Origin: a virus
Taxonomy: Duplodnaviria > Caudoviricetes
DNA length: 64,000 nucleotides
Reading direction: 5' to 3' (one strand)
Virus record (IMG/VR): IMGVR_UViG_2924263452_000001
Coordinates: 63,363 to 127,362 of that record
Position numbers and translations under genes: made by a program. Shown in pieces: positions 49,728 through 63,678 of the stretch. Each line of letters starts with the position of its first letter. Position 1 is the stretch's first letter. The notes beneath the pieces are model-generated. The model did no database searches, was not told the DNA's origin, and was given only the letters and a program-made list of their open reading frames with translations.

Positions 49728-52446
49728 TTACTGCACTCGTTTTAACATAATCCCAAGTGTGGCGGATCTCAATGTCTGCCCTGGCTCTAACATTCGTAAA
49801 TACTTCCTAGTGAAGTTGTCTTTGTAGTCATCGTATTTAAGCGGGTTTCCTTTTAAATCTGTAAGCTCAAATACCTTTCCTGTAGTCGTTCTATGTACTG
49901 CATATTCTTCCATTATTTGTTTTATCTCCTATAAAAATAACTTTGTTTTGCGATTATTACTAATCCACTCATGGAATCGCTTGAGTCTGTATAGTTTCCA
50001 TTTAGGTACAATTTGTACTTTCTTGTAAATGCGAACTGCTCATATACAATGATACATTTCTCATTTGCACTCTTCCAGTAAATCGGAAGTCCCTTATATT
50101 TTCCAAAATACATTGATCCTATTTCCTCTCTAACATAAAGACTAAACCATCTTTGTATGTAATCCTGAAATTATAGGTCTTTTCTAACCAATCATTAAAA
50201 CCATCGTCATAATACATTTTCTGCACTCCTGGCTTGATATTGTCAAGCAATTCAATGAAACATCCGGTTATTCCAATAACCGATTCTGCAATAACTAATG
50301 GTTTTTCCATGAACGCCAATGGAGATGCAACCGCCAAAAACTGACACCTATTAATATTAGGATTACTACTACTATCAAATCTTTTTACAACAATCGCCGC
50401 ATTTTTGCAATTTCCGTTAATAAAACTATTATAAAATTTGTTTGCATTTTCTTTTCTTTCCTTTTTGTTTGTTCTCATATTTACCTCCTATGCCACCTTG
50501 TAAATAGTGTTTAAAAATGTTACTTCCATTTTTGTCTGATCTGTGTTAGTAATGATTTTAACAATACCTTGCGTAGAATGATATTTACCAATTAAACGCC
50601 CTTTTCCGGCTTCCCTATACTTTTTATTGGCTTTCTCATTCTGTGTGCTTAAATCGCCATATACGCCCTTCTGGAACATATTTATAAAATCACATACCTG
50701 CATTTCAAACCGTCTGTTGTTATTTATTTCTTCTAAGATTGAATCGTCATAATAGATTCGTCTAGGTGATTTAACGACTGGTAAATAGTATTTGATTCTA
50801 TTGCCTATCGTACAAAAAGAAATTGACGCTAAAGTGAAGATAGCTGCCATAATTACATATTTTGTATCAAGGTTTCCTGGAACTTCTGTTTGTTCCACTA
50901 ATGTCCAATAGTCCGAAGATCCGGCACAAAACCAAACAAACAAAAATGCTAAAATCCCACAACCAGCAGAACAGATATAGAATAATTTACTTGCAGATTC
51001 TCTTTTCATGATTTTTTTATGTGGTGGGAAATCAATCCCACCTTTCCTCCTTATAATTATTTCTTTTATCAATTTGCCTTTTTAACACATTTAGTAACCT
51101 CATACGGGGTTTTCACTTCCTGGATCTCGCAATATGCAAGAATACCTTCATCAAAAAACTTCTTAATTCTTTCCAGATATCTCCCGCTCATATAACCGAA
51201 GCTGTTACCTGGATTAGCTCTTCCGGTGAGTTCTTTCTTCAGCTTTTTGTCAAGTCTGTAAGCTGTAAAGTATGAATCATTTTCATGTATTCTATAAACG
51301 TAACCTTTATAAACTCCACCAGTTAAGGATCTTTTTACTATGAAACACTGACCTTCTTTAAAGCTTCCGGCACACTCTACAGCTTTATTTTCAGTTTTAT
51401 ATTTTGTTTCAACAACGTTTTCATATACAAAACCTTTACCGTCTTTTGCAAGCATTGATCCGGCAGCAGTATCAATTTTGTTTATGAATGTAAGGAAGTT
51501 CTTGTATAACTTCAGTTTCTTTTCTGCTTCTTCATAGAGATATGATCCTTTTTCGTATTTCTCCAGTGATTTCTCTGCCTCTTCTTTATCGAAATATTGA
51601 AGTCTTGAGAATTTTGCCACGCCATTTCCTTTCGCGATGATAACACCGTCTTTTTCGACGTGCCAGCTCATACGCGGCGGATTTGCCTGAAATGTAGGAT
51701 AATATACTGTTATAGATGTGTTATTATCTTTATTTTCTTTATCTTTTGCAAGCAGCTTTTCTATTTTCTCTTTGGCTGTTGCTTCTTCTGCCGGACTTGC
51801 ACCACGATCCTGTCTAATCTCTTTCAGCTTCTTAATCTTCTGCTGAATCTCAACAGTAAGCTCGATCTCTTCTGTACTGCTACTTCTACGGTAATCTTTT
51901 TTACCGCTTCGACTTCCAACGATATAATCAGAACAGTCAATCACAACAACATAACCGTTTTTCGTTGCGATTCCGTCCCAGTCTGCCGGACTCCAGTAAT
52001 CTGTCATAGAATCTGATTCGTCAGGTTTGAATCCGAAGATTTCCCAACCTCTTTTTGACAGTTCCATTGCAATTAAAACCTTTGCATCTCTAAAATCATA
52101 ATAATTTGTTCTACTTGACATAATTAAATCCTCCTTAATTATCTTCTGCTAAATTCTTTTCTAATTCTGAAATTGCTTCTTCTCTTGTCTTATAACATCC
52201 ATAATCTTTTGCAAGTTTTAATGTGTTATCGACCTGTAACAAATAGTCATTTATTTCATAATGACTAAATTCCCCACCATATGAAACTTTACACGGTCTA
52301 AGCACATGATAATAACCTTTTGTATTTATATAATAATAAAAATTACCTTCTGCTGACCGATAATGTTTATTCGGATAATAGCTCTTTCTATTTCCACGTA
52401 TTCTGTCTCTTGTTTTATCAGTCCTTTGATCGTATGGCGATTTCAT
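49728..52446 (-). other. early hypothetical ORFs (49728-49913, 49922-50113, 50119-50478, 50488-51072, 51069-52121, 52135-52446)
   Basis: packed co-oriented ORFs with RBS; 51069-52121 has a DUF2786-like KIKKL...GAS..E...A motif. Confidence 0.6.
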
Positions 52447-52745
52447 TTTGTTGCATCCACCTTTCTATTAGATTATGTTATTTCTTTTAAGTTGTGTCTT
52501 TCTTTATGGTCTTATTATACGATATATATACGCATATGTCAACAGTTATTTATTATTTCTTTTATCTTATATATCTTTTCCTCTGGGGGACAAAATGAAT
52601 CCTACCAAATCATAGCTGCATCATTACTATTAATACATACTTATATATAATAATCAACAACATATATAAATCAAATCCGGAAGAACTATAGTTATACTAT
52701 TACATTATTTCAAATAATTATTACTTTAAACTGTTGACAGCTTTC

Positions 52746-53075
52746 TGGATCTGTGTAACATGTTCTTCGGTTTGGCTCAGTTGGACATAGTTTCCCCCTG
52801 TCTAGGGGGATAATGCGCACACCTATGTCCTTTCGGATGGTTTCAGCGTATCATTAGTATAAGGCTTGTAAGCTCTATATCCGCCCAGAGCTGATGACCT
52901 TATCCCACACCGGATAACCGCCACTTAATTATTTAACCTTGCCAGCCACAAGTTTTACACTCTTTTTGTATATCGGTCAGTGCTAGACCACAGATTGTTT
53001 TACATGGTTACTGTGTCCATGTCCTTAAATGCACACACTTAAGAAAGCCACGATTGATAGACCATTACAGATCCA
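52746..53075 (-). ncRNA. putative ~330-nt structured RNA (strand inferred from context)
   Basis: GC-richer ORF-free interval closed by tggatctgt/acagatcca, with nested hairpins. Confidence 0.5.
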
Positions 53076-54229
53076 CAACCGCAGCTTATTTCCATATTAA
53101 ATTTATTTTGTTTATCTTTTATACTATTTAAGCGTTAATATGTATAATATCTGTATAATACTTCATTGCAGATTTAAGGAAGTCTCTGACTTCTTCTTTT
53201 GTCTTGCATAATTTGCCACATGTAACGTAAGTTACGTCGTTACCACTGTTTAGAGCCTGGCACACTTGCACATTATAGTAATACTTGCCCTCCACCGGGA
53301 TTGAATATTCTCTAACGTGGGCTACATCTGTTCTTTTTGATTTCATAATTTCACACCTCTCTTAATAGTTAATACCTGATTCTGTTCTTTTAGTTTTTTT
53401 TGTATAAAATTTTTACACTTAACACTTCTATCAGCGAATCCGGTTTTAATGCACCAAATTCTTTATTATCCCACACATAACGCTGTGATGTGAAGATTTT
53501 ACCGTTAGATTTAAAGCGGGTTTTAAATTCCACTACATATCCAACATACTTATCAATATCTTTTAAAAATTCCGCATATGTCATAATATTGTCCTTCCTA
53601 TAATGCCAATTTTAACCATTTCTGTTCTGTTTTGTTGATGCTTCTAACAAGTTTTAAGTCGTCCTTACCTTATTCCAATTATCTGTTAATGTATAATCTA
53701 CACCATATTCACGACCTAGCCATTTTGATGATATTTAATATTTATCATTTTAAAACTCCCTCCCAAATGCTTTAAGCGTGCCATTTCTATGGTTTTCATC
53801 CACTATTTAAACAATTTACTTGCATCAAAAAAGATTGTTTTACCGTCCCTTGTTTCTCTTGCTGCACTCCAATGAAAAGATGCACGCCCGATACCAGATA
53901 ACCAGGTTTCACGATCCATATTATCAAGAACGTATTTTGTTGATACTTTCTTGTCATTTTCATTTTCATACTGCATTACTTCAATAGCTCTTTCAATTTG
54001 TGGGATATCCTGGTCAAGATATCCACGCTTTTTAAAATAATTCTTGTCTGATTCTGATAACTTTATGCTTTCACTTTCTGTTTTGGTTGCCATTTTATCA
54101 ATCAACCATTCTACTGACATGCCATTTTTAAGACTTGCCAATTCGTCAAACTTTTGTACCGCAAGCTCTAAAGCTTCTTTTTCTTCATATCCCTTTTTCT
54201 GGATCAACTTTCCAGCTTTTAGAACATTG

Positions 54230-54685
54230 TTATACGTTTTTCTTTTCATATTCCTGCTGCACCTCTCTTACTTTGTTTTTTAATTCTGTAAACTGCTGAT
54301 CCGTTAACCATTCCGGTTTTTCATCTTTAGAAAATGAATTTAAAATTTTTTCCATTTCATTTAAGATTGTATCAATATCAGACCACAAACTATTTTTGCT
54401 GCATCCTGAACGATTAATATAATAACCACAATCCATCTGCAGTCTACTAAGCAACATATAATCACGCTCTCTAGGACTTCTAACAAAAGGATTTTCACAT
54501 TCAATATTATCTTTTACATAATAACAAGGCTCTCCATCAATGTCGCCGTATTTGTCACGATATGCGCCTGTATAAAGTGCTAAACCATTACGCCCATCAT
54601 TTATGTCAAAGTACAATTTCCCTTTTTCGTCCTCATAGCAAGGATATTCTGTATAACCACCAAAACCAATAAAACTTACTTTCAT
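54230..54685 (-). CDS. LPD11-like domain protein
   Basis: YMLLSRLQMDCGYY...LW...KPEWLT. Confidence 0.6.
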   Translation of the reverse strand: MKVSFIGFGGYTEYPCYEDEKGKLYFDINDGRNGLALYTGAYRDKYGDIDGEPCYYVKDNIECENPFVRSPRERDYMLLSRLQMDCGYYINRSGCSKNSLWSDIDTILNEMEKILNSFSKDEKPEWLTDQQFTELKNKVREVQQEYEKKNV

Positions 54686-56885
54686 CTTCGCACCCCTGAT
54701 TATTCATGTAAACAAGACAATTGTTCTTTTAAAGCATCTAATTTGTTTATGCTTTCAGATCTAGCGTATTCATCCGCCATAAATTCAAGCTCGTCTTTCC
54801 GGCACTCTTCAAGACACTCCTGAAACTGCTCATTTGACGAATTTGAAAGAATAAGTTCTGCAGTGTCATAATCTTCAGCATCTTGCAATTCACGTTCTTT
54901 AAGGTACAAATCAAAAAGACCTTTTTCTCTTAATTTTTCTTCTACTGTTTCATCTGCCGGATTATTTTCCCAGCCTTGCATACAAAAATGAAACAGCTCA
55001 ATAGATTTACCTTTATATGTAGATTCGTGAAAAGAATTGCCATTAGCTACATCATACCAACTGTAAACATTTCCGTTTTCGTCCATTTCAACGATAAAAC
55101 GTAAATGCTGATTTTCAAGTGCATCTTTGTAGGCTTTTTCGCCTATATTGATGATTTCGTCGTATTTCTTTTCGATAAGCTCTAACCAATTTTTATTCAT
55201 TATTTTGTCCTCCTATAATATCATTAATACTGCATCAGGTCAATATTTATTTCTTTTTTCTTTTTAAATTAAATGCTGATTGATATATTTATAAATATCA
55301 TCAACACAAACATGCTGTCATTTCAATAAAAATTGATATTCTTTTGATTCTGTTTGCCATTTCTTAAACCCTCTTTCTTTTATTTTCGGTTTAACCACCA
55401 ACCGAAAAGGATTTTTTGTTAAGCTACATATTTGCAATATTCTGATTTAATCCAGACTTTTTCGCCGTTCTCGTTATAACATCCGGCGACTGTTTCTGTT
55501 TCATTCGCCCATCTGCAGCCCTGTCTTTTAAGCGTTCTCGTTCTGTATGTTTCTCTTTCACCGATCCAGAACACTTTTAAGACCGTTCCTTTTGGAACTT
55601 TTCGCCCTTTAATCACTTCCACGTTGTCACCTATTACAAACTGGTTATGAAAATGTTTCCAAGCGATTATAGTAGCTTCATCAAGTGGGAGAAAACGCAA
55701 GATCTGGATTTCGTCATCATCCAGGAGTCTATCATTGTCGATATCCCAGACAATTTTGGAAAACTCTTCTTTTGTTTCCGGGTTGAAAAATGTTGCGACT
55801 TCTACGCCACCATTACTTTCTCCTACTTTGTAAAATCCTTTATAGTTATTCATGTCGTACCTCCCGCTTTTTAAGTTGTGTCCTCTGTTTGTATATTTAT
55901 ATTATCATTATTTCTTTTAACTGTCAATACTTTTATTTAATATTTTTTTATTTATTTTATCTAATATTATAAATATACTCTGCTAGGCTATTTGTCCCCC
56001 TGCTAATTACAAAAGTCCTCGAATATTTCTATTCAAGGGACTTATTATACAGTTTATTAAATTCTTCTGCCAAATAGACAGTTCCCAAACCGTTTGTTAT
56101 ATCTCGATATTCACCATCCTCAAAGTCCCAAAAGACTTTCTTTTCCGTTCCTTTTCTCATTACTATATCCATATGCTCTAAACCTCTTTCACATTCCATG
56201 TGATTTTTGTTAAATCATTATATAAGTTTCGCCATCTCCCTCGTAATTGTTCGCTGCTTTTTCCGCGTCTTCCAGACTGGAGCAAACAGCTATTCTTTTA
56301 TAACTCGGGATCTCGACTACTTCAATTTTCATCGGGGTTGTTTCCAAGGTGTCCATGAAGTCCGTCTGTACGAACTCGTTTTCGTCCTCGTCAAACTCGA
56401 ACTCGTTTTCCTCAATCACATATTCCTCAACTGAGTAAAACGTCATATTGTGATTTTCAAACTTGCTGACGCTTGTCTTGCGTTTTGCAAGTTCCTTTTT
56501 AGCATCTTCCAGATCGTCAAACGTTTTTATGTATTCAGGGGAAGGATCTAACGCTGTGCATCCTTCTTCAATGTTCTTTCTGTTTTTGTAGTTAAATTCC
56601 GCTGTTCTTTTTACCAGATCATATTTTTTCATGTTCTATCCCTCCATTACATTCTGATCTTTATATTATTGATTATATTATAATGCTTTTAATTTCACAA
56701 TACCATTTAATCGTTCAATCGGCATACAGAAATATTTCCATATGCCTATCAGCGGTTAAACATCATTCTGTTAATTAGTGCAACTTTTACTGCGCTATTT
56801 CCGTTACAAGATCATTGACGGTTATACCATCCGTATTTCTCCACCACGAATATAAAGTATACTTCTATTAATGCTCTTGTTTCAT

Positions 56886-57101
56886 CTACGCTCTTTTATT
56901 CCACATTTTAATCACTGTATATTCTTGCTGTGCATATCCAGGATCAATCATAGCCATACAACCAGTGCAGAAGATTCTATATCTATCTCCTGCGTTGTGT
57001 TTGTATTTGTCAACAACTATCTCCTTTCCACCGCAAAATGGACAAGGTTTTATTTCATCTTCTTTGCATTTTCTAATTTCGCCAAATGTAAAATCATTCA
57101 T
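56886..57101 (-). CDS. Lar-family restriction-alleviation-like Zn protein
   Basis: KPCPFCGG...C..C...WNKR. Confidence 0.75.
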   Translation of the reverse strand: MNDFTFGEIRKCKEDEIKPCPFCGGKEIVVDKYKHNAGDRYRIFCTGCMAMIDPGYAQQEYTVIKMWNKRA

Positions 57102-60100
57102 ATTATTTCACACCTCACAATTCTTTTAATACTTTTGCAAACTCAATAAACATTTTCAGTTCTGCTTGTTCATATTTAAGTGTCATTTTCCAATATTCAT
57201 TATTCAATCTTTTTTCTGCAATTGTTTTCTTATATTTTTCTATGTATTCTTCACAAACATTTTGCATAAATACGCATTTTTCCAATACTTCTTCTTTACT
57301 TCCACGCTGATCAACAGGAAGTCCCCATCTATCATTAAAATCTTCTGCTATTCCATATCCATAGAATGTATCTGAAAACTTTGCCAATAACCATTTACTT
57401 CCCATTCCTGTAGGCATTTCTGATAAGATTTTCATATTATTTTCCACCTCTCAATCACATATATGATTAATTCTCTCATTGTAACATTCATCTTTTATAT
57501 GCAGTGCATAATATAAACATGTTTGGATATTACCTATTTCTTCCATTGTCAAATCATATTTTTTCGCATACTGCTTTTCTTTGGTAAAAATTCCACCACA
57601 TAAAAATTCTTCATCGTTTAATATCGCTTTAATAACAGGAATTAATGTATTTGTTTTCATATGATTTCCACCTTCCATTAAAATGTCTCTTTCATCTAAG
57701 CGTGAATTTTTTCACTGTTAATATATCCGGCAAGCGAAAGATTGTAAATCTGTTTTGCTGTTTCTGAAATTGTCATCTTTTTACCCTCCTATTGCAGCAT
57801 ATTTATTAATTTATCTTTTTCGCTCTCTGTAATCTGTTTATTATCATATGCTTCCAAAATTTTAGAGATCATGCTACTTACTTCGTCTTTTAATTCCTCT
57901 TTCGGAATCATTTCAGCTTCAACATATAAGCTGTTGATCTCTTCGTCCAGGTCATCTGCCAGATCACTCACAATTTCATAATGGCAATCTTTTGACACAT
58001 CATATTTTTTGTGATCCACGAAAACCTCACAAGTGAAAAGATCTTCACACTCAAATCTTTTGTAACAATTTCCGTTCACTTCGTCTATCAATAATACTTT
58101 AAACATATTATGTCCCCCCTCATTATAAAGTTGTGTCTTTTGCTTATGTATATATAATACCATTATTCCGTTTAACTGTCAATACATATTTTATCTTTTT
58201 TATTTATTTTATCTGTTGCATAAAAAGATCCCGGTTTCCCAGGATCTCAAAATGATACATTCTATTTCTCAACAACATCATACCTTGCTATGATATCATC
58301 AAAAGCGTTACTGTCCCGACTATACACGAACCAAGAAACCACCTTGCTGCCAGTTTTAACGCCCTTTACGCGTTTATAATTGATATACCCACATGTTGCT
58401 TCACCTTCGCCGGTTTCGGCGTTTTTTACTACTCCTGTGACCTTTTCGACATAGTAAAAAGCATTGCCTTCTCTGCTCTCTATTTTCTTCCAAAATTCCG
58501 GTGAATTATCGCCCTCCAAAATGCGGATATGCTTATATTCACGCTTGATTTTTCTTTCTACTGCTGCGGCTCTCTGGTAATTTGCCGCCTGTACCGGGAA
58601 ACCGGAAAACAATGTTGTAACAATTGCTAATGCCGCCATAATCTTGATAACTGTTTTATTCATATGATAAATACCTCCTAAATATCCTTATAACGCCGTA
58701 TTTTCGATTTTAACGGGCTTTGTATTATTGCTCATACATTTTATTGCTTTTATCTTTGTGATTGCTTAAAATGCCATTTAAAGCTTTCTGTGGTCTTTTT
58801 CGTGAATCTCATGCAGTTTATTCATAGTTTCGTGAAATGATCTCATGCTTTCGTCGGCTGTTTTGTCGTTTTCCTTCTTTTTTCTGGTAGTGTCTGCATT
58901 TTCACAAAATGCAATTAATAGAGTCAAGCACAAAAGAAATAACGTCATCATGCCGCGAACACCTCACGAATTAATGAAACAAGTTTTTCGTCCGGATAAT
59001 CTGCAGTAAGATCTTGTAAAACCTTCATGCTGCGTCGGTTTACAATTTCACCCAGCTTTTCAGACCTCACACCTAAAACCTGGTACACATCTTCTGTTTT
59101 ACAAGGGACGTATTTTTCAATTTCAAGAACCGGATAAACACCGATTGCACGAAATTCATCATATTTTTCTTTAAATCTTAAAGAAACACGGTATAATATG
59201 CCTGAATCATCAATCCGAATATCTTTTTCAAGACACTTTTCGCCGTGTATTATTGCAGTGTAAAGACTCAGTGTAAAACCATTTTTACACTTTGCATTTA
59301 TCTTGTTTACCTGATCTTTTGTAATTTTTGCCATGTTCTTTCCCCTCTATTCCTGATTCATATTTACTGCATCAATAACCATATCGTCATAAATGGTCTT
59401 TGTACCGTTGTTATCAATAATCATGGCGCATAAATCGCCTTTATGCCAGTCTTTCACATCTTCGGCGTAAAACTCAAATATAACGCCATTTTTGAGCTTT
59501 ACAGATACAACACTGCTTTTCTTGTATGTTGCTCTTACAATTCCGGCAGCAGGATATAAATGACTCTTATGTGCTTTTGCCTGAATTGCTGTTGCTGGTG
59601 TAATTGCCATTACTGCAGATAATACTGTTGCTAATACTCTTTTTAACATGATGTTTTTCCTCCCATATCCTCAATTTTTAGTTCCAATCTTTTCCCATAA
59701 AATCCTCTAACACCGCCTCAACCTTTGAAAGATTTTCTCTGTGAGTGGCTTTTGCGGATCTAAGAAATCGGATATTATCGTTTACTTTATTATCTGGTGT
59801 ATTCCACTGTACTCCAGCCGCATCCTCTTTTTCTGCCAAAAGAGTTTTAACTTTCTCTACAGCTTTCTTTTCTTTTTCTACCTCTGCCTCAAGCAATTGC
59901 TGAATAAACAATAATGAACTGACTTTCATATTATTTTCCCCCTTTTTACCTTTCCAAACACTTCTGTTTTCATGATTTTTATTTCTCGCTTGAACACTGA
60001 TAACGGTCTGCCATCATCAGACACCGGGAAACCATTTCCGGCATGACGGGCAAAATGCCCGTTTCGGCTTTAATAAAAGGAATCTTTCTCCATTTCGTCA

Positions 60101-61269
60101 TCAACTTCTTTCGGTATTGGAATAGGCTCGAAATCATCATTTTTCCCATCCCAATAATCAAATAATTGTTGTATGTACTGATTCAACTCCTCTACTCTGC
60201 ACATTTCCGTCCCTCCTTTAAAAGTTGTGTCTCTTGTTTACATTCACATAATACCATTATTTCTTTTAACTGTCAATACAATTTTCACATTTTTTATTTC
60301 GTTTTTCTTTTGATATAGCCTTCCATTTCATCAATCTGATCCAAAATCAAATTAACGGCTTCCATATTCCCGCTGTCAAACTCCTGCAACATTTTCTCAA
60401 TTAATTCGCTCATTTTGTCCCCTCCTGTAAATGCGGCGGCTCATGTTGTGTGAATGCCGCTACTGTTTATTTCGTTTATCTTGTTAAATAAAAAACATTT
60501 CGCCGTTCAACTCAAGTGCTACTGCGTCCTGTTTCATTTCTGTTTTAAGATCCTGACAGAAATCAATAACTCTATCAAGGTTCTTTTTCAGATCATCCTC
60601 TCCGGCGTATGCAAACACCATTGTAGTGTTTTCTTTTACAAGTCCGGCGGTATCTGATACCCAGTAGCCCAGGGCTTCAGTTGATGTTGCACCACCGAAG
60701 CAATCAGATAATAATGTAGCTGCCGCATCTACATATTTACTATTGTCGATTATCTCGTTAATGTTCACTGTTGCTGGAATGTAAACAGTGATTTTACTTT
60801 TTAAAGAAAACATTGCTTTAAGTCTGGAATTTGTCATGGATTTTTACCTCTTTCTTTTTATTTATTTTAAGTTGTGTCCTTTTCTCTTTTATATGTTTAT
60901 ATTATATATTTATTTCATTTATCTGTCAAGTACTTTTTTAACTTTTTCTTATGCTGCTTCTATTGTGCGACTACGTACACAAAAGATCTCTTTTTCGCCC
61001 CAGATCTGCAGCTTTGCTGTTTTCTGTTCCAACACTCTCTCATTGCTTTTTCCGGCGTGCTGGATTGCTTTATATGTGACTGTTTTCGCAGTCTTTTTTA
61101 TGATCTCATATGTGACACCACTTTCATAGTATCTTTCTCCAATCTCAAATTTTTTCATGTTTGACCTCCTGTAAGTTGTGTCTTTCATTTGTTAAAGTTA
61201 TAGTATCATTATTTCGTGCATCTGTCAAGATGTTTTTTCGATTTTTTTTATTTATTTTTCGGTAAAAAA

Positions 61270-61291
61270 ATAAGGGCTTTCGCCCTTATTA
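61270..61291 (-). terminator. intrinsic terminator
   Basis: aataagggc-tttc-gcccttatt hairpin followed by a U-tract on the minus strand. Confidence 0.7.
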
Positions 61292-62010
61292 AGCAACCTG
61301 GAGATCGCCGATCTGCTGTAGATATCCGGCAAGCTCTTCCAAGGTTTCGGCAGTGTAAAAACCACCGTCAAGCCCTGTGGAAATTTCCGCCCCGTCAGCT
61401 TTCCAGCCGTCACAATCATTTGAAATTGTGTACTGAATGCCTTCGGACGGGCTAACAAATTCAAGGTTTCCGTTTTCAATTGATTTAATTAATTCTGTTT
61501 TATTCATGTTATTTCCCTCCGTATAAGTTGTGTCTCTGTTTTCTATATTTGTATTATACTTTATTTCGTCTATCTTGTCAACAGATTTTTTAATCTTTTT
61601 AAAATCCGTATTTCATGCAGTCTTTTATCATTTTGACTGCTTCGCGCCAATCTTTAGAGAACATTTTAAATTCGTCCATGTCCTCTACTTCACAGATTGC
61701 ATAACCCGGAACTGGCACGTCAATTCTATATCCTTTTATTCTCTCCAGAAAGAATATAGCTCTATCAACTATAGTCTGTTCTTTTTTGTTTTCATCGTTG
61801 AAAGTTACTTCAGCGACTCTATAATCATAGTCTTTGCTTCTTCCTTTATATGATATTCTCATCTTTTTCCCTCCATTTTATTAGTTGTGTCTGTCTCTTG
61901 TTTATATTTGCATTATATCATCATGATTATTGATTGTCAAGTATATTTTATATTTATTTTATTTCTTTTATCTCAAATAAAAAAAGGATCTTCCCAGATC
62001 CCTTTTTGCT

Positions 62011-62484
62011 TTATGCTATTCTATCATTTCTATGAGGTGTGACCTCTTCACTGCCGTAAAGGTTTCGCAGTTCATCCATTGATAATTTACGTTTACTCTT
62101 TTTGTAATATCTTTCCCCAGCGTGCCAACTCCAAGCTTTTTTGTTATTACACCACTTAAAGCCCGCAGCCTTCAGCACGTCTTTTGCGCTGTATGTGTTA
62201 CCTGTTACCCAGATCCAACAACCGATTATTTCAATGATAACCGCATCAAGATTAATTATTTTGTTTAATGCATCGCGGAAAAGTTCGTCTTTTTCTGGAT
62301 CATATTTCCACGCGTTCTCTGTTTCGTCCGCATTCTTCAGGCTTTTCATAGCCTCTTCATATTCTACATTGATAATCTTGATTTCGTCAGCAGATCCGCC
62401 GTTGTCCGGGTGATTCGCTTTCACAAGATTCTTATATTCTTTTCTCAGCTCTTCCAGGTTTTTACAATTTGTGAAATATTTCAT
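62011..62484 (-). CDS. J-domain (DnaJ-like) protein
   Basis: LEELRKEYK.L....HPDNGG...K.IN.EY; IIGCWIWVTG, AGFKW. Confidence 0.85.
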   Translation of the reverse strand: MKYFTNCKNLEELRKEYKNLVKANHPDNGGSADEIKIINVEYEEAMKSLKNADETENAWKYDPEKDELFRDALNKIINLDAVIIEIIGCWIWVTGNTYSAKDVLKAAGFKWCNNKKAWSWHAGERYYKKSKRKLSMDELRNLYGSEEVTPHRNDRIA

Positions 62485-63678
62485 ATCTTTATCCCTCCAT
62501 ATTTTAAGTTGTGTTTATTTATTTAGTTTATCTTGATGTTATATTAACACACATTTTTCCGGTTGTCAAGTGTTTTATTTATTTTGTTTTACTTTATTTC
62601 AGATCAATATAAAAGCCCGGAAACCACAGTTCCCAGGCTGATTATATCATTTATTTATATTATCTTATAATGTACTAAGTACACCCTCTAAGATATCAAT
62701 TTCAGAAGCATTAACGAATACCTCGAAATGAGTAAGACCATAACCACAGTTACTCGCTTCATATTTAATTTTATTAGCTTTCAGCGCACCTCTGAATGCT
62801 TCGCTTTCCACGTTGTTTAATTCTACATTTAACCACTTTCTCATTTTTTGATCCTCCATTTTTTCTTTTTAAGTTGTGTTTTTTGTTTATTTTATTTCGT
62901 TTATCTCTTGTTGATGATTGAATTATATAACACTGTTTTCTGTTTGTCAATAGTTTTCTATTATTTCTTTTATCTTTTTTGCTTCGCTTGTGATCCGTGG
63001 CTTGTGATCCGATGTTTTCTTGCCACATAATAACGTGTGCATGTACAGACATATAATAGGAAAATAAATTTGTGTGTATATCTCGCCCCACTTTTATGAG
63101 TGTTTTTCTTGCCCTTGTTTTTTATGTTCTTATGTAGAAATTTATTTTCTACGATTTCCGCCACCCTCCAGAGAATTGATGATCTCAGGATCTTGACAGA
63201 CTGGAAAAGGAAAAAGAGCGATAATAAGAGGAAAAAGAAAGAAGGGAAAAAGGGAAAAGGGAAAGGGGAAACATTTTATCGTAAATCTCTATTTCCCAAA
63301 AATCTATCGAACACCTTCACCGCCATGCTGCCGGGATTCCATCTGTCAGTCACCCTCCCCCCGATTCCGAAACCGAGTAATATCCGGGGGATTTTCTGCC
63401 CCAGGCTGTCGAATGTTACTTAAGTTCATTAAGTAACATTCAGAATTTTCCGACAACCACCGTGTTTTCAGGCAATTCCAGATAGTTCGCTGATACCGGG
63501 GGATAGTTTACATAATATGTAACGCCCTACCGTCTTGCCCTGGCTATCGAGGTCACTATCACTCTCACACCTCAAAACCAACCTCGAACAACACCTCGAA
63601 GCAACACGACAACCATCGTATTTACAGCATTTTAAATATATAATAAAATCCCACATAATCTGGGTTAAAATCCTTTAT

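Larger units (their letters stand above)
53128..62859 (-). other. early region of short hypothetical ORFs
   Basis: about 25 co-oriented 50-170 aa ORFs with strong GGAGG RBS. Confidence 0.65.
52489..62950 (-). repeat. ten early-promoter units: TTGACA-N17-(-10) followed by a GACACAACTT box near the RBS
   Basis: boxes at 52489, 55873, 58128, 60222, 60869, 61173, 61525, 61882, 62506, 62871 (last three with one mismatch); -35 at 52537, 55922, 58177, 60271, 60924, 61223, 61576, 61935, 62564, 62945. Confidence 0.85.

Noticed and set aside
52891-52897. CTGATGA hammerhead core
   Set aside because: No GAAA after the following stem and it is on the probably untranscribed strand.
45927-62880. Link between the GACACAACTT box and the AGACAC-ACAGCAA RNA module
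   Set aside because: Only GACACA is shared; the promoter boxes lack the pairing strand and CAGCAA.
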